The position numbers and the translations under genes were made by a program. The notes beneath the pieces were generated by a model that was not told the DNA's origin, did no database searches, and was given only the letters and a program-made list of their open reading frames with translations. This document shows positions 58,886-64,000 of a stretch of DNA of 64,000 nucleotides, piece after piece. Every line of letters begins with the position of its first letter. Within the stretch, counting starts at the first letter, position 1. This DNA is from the human T2T-CHM13v2.0 reference genome, Homo sapiens, in the NCBI RefSeq assembly GCF_009914755.1, contig NC_060928.1; one strand, written 5' to 3'.

Positions 58886-59887
58886 CCAAAGGATTTATTA
58901 TGTACTGGTCCTGTTCAGTGCTCTAATGTAATGTCAAAGTTCCATAAACTTTTCAGTGTGTCTCTCCTTTACAAACAGTAACTTCCCACCATACATTTTT
59001 TAAAAATCACATGTGGCAAATTCAAAACCTTTTTCTTGTCTTCCCCTTCTGAGAACTGAAACAAAGAACCCCTGTCATACAGGCATGGTTCTTATACCAC
59101 TACTAGTATCCTTTGTAAAGACAATACTTAAATATCCACTGGGATGAGCAAATCAAACCATTTCCTCATGTGTGGTTGTAAAGGCATAGAAGAGTTTATT
59201 TTCATTGTGCATTATCTTTCAGACTTAACTTAGATCTTATTATTCACCTGGAAAATGGAAAACACTTGCAAAGAAACATCCCTGGCTTCTCTGTTTTTGC
59301 ACTTTTATATTTTATTTCTCCTAATCTGAAAGTTTACTTATGAGTCAATAAAGTTTCTTCTTTTTATCTTGTATTTAAGTCTTATACAAGGAGAACCTAA
59401 AAAAAAATGTTATTCACTGATCCAGTAACTTAATAATAATAGCATCATTTCTTGTGGGGGAAAATTTACCTTTTTCAGTTTTGAAGTGCCATCCCCAGAC
59501 AGTGATAGCTAGTACAATAGATGCAGTTCCCTTGTTTGTCATAGACTCTACTGGAATAAGAGATAATCAAAGGATATACTTTCTTTTAATGTGGACATAT
59601 TGCCACATAATGTCTTTGCCCTAGGGAATTCATAGCAAGATGTAGAAAGTAGCTCTTCTAGGTCACTTTGATTCCAGTCCAAGTTGCTTGTGATTAATAC
59701 TGCTAACATCAACAGCTGCTCTAGTACTAATGTGAAATACAGAATGGTTTCAGTCTAGTTCACTGTAGACAAGTTCCCACAGCATGCAAATTATTAATGC
59801 CCTTGTAGACAGTGTTAGGACTCTAAATCGTTTTGAAACTGAATGCCAGACCTCCCTAGAGATGAACCCTATGACAATAAGTCAGCT

Positions 59888-60158
59888 TCACTGGAGACTT
59901 ACTGTGAAAAAAAAACCGTCGCACTTTTTGTGCAGCATCTGCTCTCTAAATAATATGATTAGACCTCTAGGACAATTTATATGGATCACTAAACTAGCCA
60001 TAAAATATTATGAAATTATGATGTATTATTAGTTCTGTCCCTTTACCCATATAAACATTTATTACAAGAAAAGGATCTGGTGGTTATATTGGACCCTGAT
60101 AATGCTAACATGTAATAGCATTGGGTTTAAGAAGAACAAACAAAAGTGCTTGCCCCTG
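59888..60158. repeat. Local duplicated element, copy 2
   Basis: Direct-orientation paralogue of 55420-55691; core offset 4467 bp. Confidence 0.95.
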
Positions 60159-60198
60159 AAGAAAGCAGTACAGTTTTAGTCAAAATCATGACCTATTA

Positions 60199-60501
<303 letters not shown>

Positions 60502-61189
60502 TCATAAACAATCAATCATGTTAAGTTTTTTCTAATGTAGCTATGTACTAATATACTAATTTAATTGGTGATAGCAAAACATCTCTGATCATTTTAATAT
60601 GTCAATACTCACATTTGCAAACAATATGTATATAGTTGATGTCATTCACTAGATTTAACTGTGTGACGCAGTGATTTATAACTAATACTTAATTAGCAAT
60701 ACCCATAATTTAAAAATTTTGTGTGATATTCACATATTTCAATGAAAAGGAATCTCTCTGACACTTTAGGCAACTCAGAGGTAAAGTCAATGATCTAATA
60801 ACAGGAAGATGGACTTTTGCCCATACTGTAGTGAGAGGTAATTGTGTCTTTTCTGAGTTCTTTATACTTCCGGTGTGCGGTGGGAAGAAAGAGTTAAACA
60901 CCTGTCTAGGCACCCTTGATTACACACACCCAAATTGAAGAGACTGGATTATCTTTGTACTAGATAGAATATGTTGTCATTTGGTAATTTTACAGATCCT
61001 AACAACATGTTTTATATTGTCTTAAGCACACTTATTTGGGCACAGGCAATACAAACCTAGCATAAAAATACCAACCAACAGTAACAACAATAACAACTAA
61101 ACTTTGTGCCTACTCCCAATGAAACAGAAAATAATTTGAATATTTCAAATTTTAAGTTTTTAAAAATTAGCAACATGTGTTTTGCTTCT

Positions 61190-61512
61190 TATTTTTTCTC
61201 TCTCTCTTTCTTTCTTCTTTCTTTTTTTTTTTGAGACAGGGTCTCACTCTGTCATTCAGCATTCAGGCTGCAGTGCAGTGGCATGACAATCAGGGCTCAC
61301 CACAGCCTCCACCTCCTGGGCTCAAGGGATCCTCTCACCTCAGCCTCCTGAATAGCTGGGACTACAGGCACACTATCATATTCGGCTAGTTTTTTTGTAG
61401 AGACAGGGTTTCACCAAGTTTTCTAGGCTGGTCTTAAACTGGGCTCAAGCGATCTGCTCACATTGGCCTCCCAAAGTGCTGGGATTATAGGCGTGAGCCA
61501 CCACACCTGTCC
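61190..61512 (-). mobile_element. AluJ (Jb-like)
   Basis: GAGACAGGGTCTCACTCTGTC...CCTGGGCTCAAG...GGGCTCAAGCGATC...GTGAGCCACCACACCTG. Confidence 0.92.
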
Positions 61513-61529
61513 TTCCTTTCTTATCAAAG

Positions 61530-62460
61530 TAATTTTTTCTCTAAAACATTTCAAAAATATAGACAATTACAAAAAATAATATAACACATATCTATATATT
61601 TGCCACCAAGTTTAAACAGCTATTAACATTTGCCATATTTGCCTTAATGAAAATAAAATTGTAGATACATAAAAGCGTATATCTGTCCCTTCTCCTCTCT
61701 TTCTTTACAGAATAAGTTGGTGTAAATAATTTCTGTGCAGTCTTTTGAACTGTATTCCTTTTGTATACCCCCAAATTTATACCATTATTATATTCTATAT
61801 TTTAAGAATTTATAGCAATGATATTCTATGTTTTTAAATATTTCTTTTTTTCTTTCAACATATTTTTTATGCTAATGTAGGTAGCTCTATTTCAGTCATG
61901 TTTACTGCTATATGACATTTCACTGGAAGAATAAGCCACATAAATCACAGCTTTCTGGTAATGTGGTTCTACAACGAATATCTAGGTTATTTAGGTTTTT
62001 TCCCACTAAAACAAGCAATGCTTCATCAAACATCATGGTATATATGCTCTCAGGTATATGTGTGGGATATTCTCTAGGATAAATGCCTATAAGTGTAGCT
62101 ACTGATACAGGGTATGAGCATCTGCAAATTCCCTAGGTGTTGACAATTGCTCCCCAAGGTGATGTGCCAATTGTCACTCTCAACAGTAGCATGTAAGTCC
62201 CTATTTTGCCTCATTCTAAATAGCTCCTGGTATTGTCCAAGAAAAAAAGGGTGATTGTAAATGACATCATATTTGTTTTACTTTCCCCCTGAAATATCAG
62301 TGAAGGTTTTGTGTATCATTTATATTACATTAACCCTTACTGTTGATTTTTCATATCAAAGTCCAGTTTTCTATTTCTTTGTTTGGTTCTTTATTTTTAT
62401 TTATAGTTGTTTCTATATTTTAATATTGATTATTTTCAATTAAATAAATTTTAACTTTAG
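61530..62460 (-). mobile_element. L1ME-like 3' fragment
   Basis: TATTAACATTTGCCATATTTG; TTCTCTAGGATAAATGCCTA...CACTCTCAACAGTAGCATGT. Confidence 0.7.
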
Positions 62461-62784
62461 TGTAAATATTTTGTAAAAGATGTGGCATCCAAAAATTATT
62501 GAAGCAATTCAAATCTTTACTTATCCCTTGTGGGGAGAAGTTTCTTAAGTAATTATTTCAGTTTATATTACTAGTACTTTTCATGTATCTCAGTATTAAG
62601 TGTTAAGCCACAATTCTTGTAATTTTATAACATTCCATAGAGAAGTAAATAAATATAGGAAAGAGGATTTACTTATGTTGCCTGAGATAAACACGAAGAA
62701 AGTAAATAATTTTTTTTCTTGATAATTTGATGGATTTTTAGGGTTTTATTTTTAAACATTTTGAAAGGTTGAATTTTACTGTAC

Positions 62785-63265
62785 TTGCAGGCCAAGAAAT
62801 TAACCTTCCGCAGTTTCATAAATAATGCCAAGAGACATGAGATTCCTGTCTAAGGAAGTGGCACAAGTTTCATGTTTGCTTCAGCTCCCCTGCCCCACTC
62901 CCATCACCACCAGGAGGTGACACAGAGGACCTCACTGAGGTGACACAGAGGAGCCCACATGAATGTTGAACACATCACAGATTTGCATTATCGCTGAGGA
63001 ACCCCAGCCTTAGACAACCCCAATCTTTTATAATAAGCAGGAGGAATGACTGCTCTTTGCTTCGAAGGGAGACACTATCTTTATTATATTGGATAGCAAG
63101 CAAACCTGTTCTTTGCTTTGAAGGGAGGCATTATCTCTATCTTCCAAGATCTTCTCTATATAAGCATCCTTGAAAAGCTGGTCATAAACAAAAAAGTAGT
63201 TATGGCCTCTGCTCACAAGATATACAGAAATATGAGAGACCAATGAAGACTAATCTCTCAAAACT
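62785..63265 (-). mobile_element. ERVL-class solo LTR (MER76/LTR47-like)
   Basis: Minus strand begins ...TGAGAGATTAGTCTTCATTGGTCTCTCATATTTCTG; internal repeats TCTTTGCTT(C/T)GAAGGGAG and GAGGTGACACAGAGGA each occur twice. Confidence 0.65.
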
Positions 63266-63422
63266 TGTGGCCGGACAAATAAAAATGTTTATATGAGTAA
63301 ATTTAAACGTTTGCTTTACATTGAATTTTGTAAATTACATGCAAACTTTTTAAAACTAAAGCTTTCCATTCAAACTAGTATTTGTACATTTTTCAAAAAT
63401 AATTTAAAAAGGGCTTGAAATA

Positions 63423-63474
63423 CACCCTTTGCCTTCCCTAGTCCCTGCTCCACCCTTTGCCTTCCCTAGTCCCT
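63423..63474. repeat. Tandem duplication, 24-bp unit with 28-bp period
   Basis: CACCCTTTGCCTTCCCTAGTCCCT at 63423-63446 and 63451-63474. Confidence 0.95.
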
Positions 63475-63534
63475 CTCCTCAGAAGTAAACACTTTGAACT
63501 CTTAGGTTTTAGTTTTCTGATTTGTTATCTCTAA

Positions 63535-64000
63535 CAATGTGCTGGTAAATTAACAGCTGGCTCTCCAGGTTTAGTCCCAATAACAATGTTGGTTGATATA
63601 TTTTGTTTATATAAGATACAAATTAAATGATGAAGTATATGTCTAAATTTGACCATTCATCAGTGATGTGAATTTTTTTTTGCTACAATACATAACAGTT
63701 TTTGAACAGGAAGCATATTTTCTCATTTTTTTGGTGCTATTTATATTTTAGTGGCCACACAAATCACACAGTTTTAAATGGAATCACCGTTATTGACAGT
63801 TTCTCCATGACTTTCCTAAATCCAATCAACAAAGCAATATATCAAGCCCTTATATGCGGTGCAGGATGATCTCTGTGGTGTAAATGTTCTCGATTACAAG
63901 TCGCCAATTTGCCATAGCGGAGCATGCAGTTGGGAGGGGACGTGCAGTAGCATTCCATTGCATAGCATGCTGCCATATGGATGCAATAGGTGTGAATCAT
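63535..64000. mobile_element. MER63/BLACKJACK-like hAT fragment, running off the window
   Basis: ATGTGCTGGTAAATTAACAGCTGGCTCTC terminus, related to the element at 44447. Confidence 0.6.

Overview
AT-rich, CpG-poor primate (most likely human) non-coding DNA. I found no recognisable protein-coding exon, RNA gene, CpG island or CRISPR array. Much of the window is interspersed repeat: nine Alus or Alu monomers, a 5'-truncated 3.2-kb L1PA with broken ORF2, older L1M fragments, many L2/MIR relics, about a dozen solo LTRs, and hAT/Tigger DNA-transposon relics. Most LTRs and long L1s lie on the minus strand, which hints at an intron of a plus-strand transcript. The most unusual signal is a 236-bp, indel-free, 87%-identical direct duplication (55456-55691 and 59923-60158) that I cannot assign to a known repeat; both copies have an upstream octamer and weak dyad symmetry. 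Also notable are a compact multi-hairpin (33943-34047) and a 19-bp stem-loop (15200-15245). Subfamily names come from my recall of consensus sequences and need RepeatMasker/Dfam confirmation. Boundaries of old elements are approximate.
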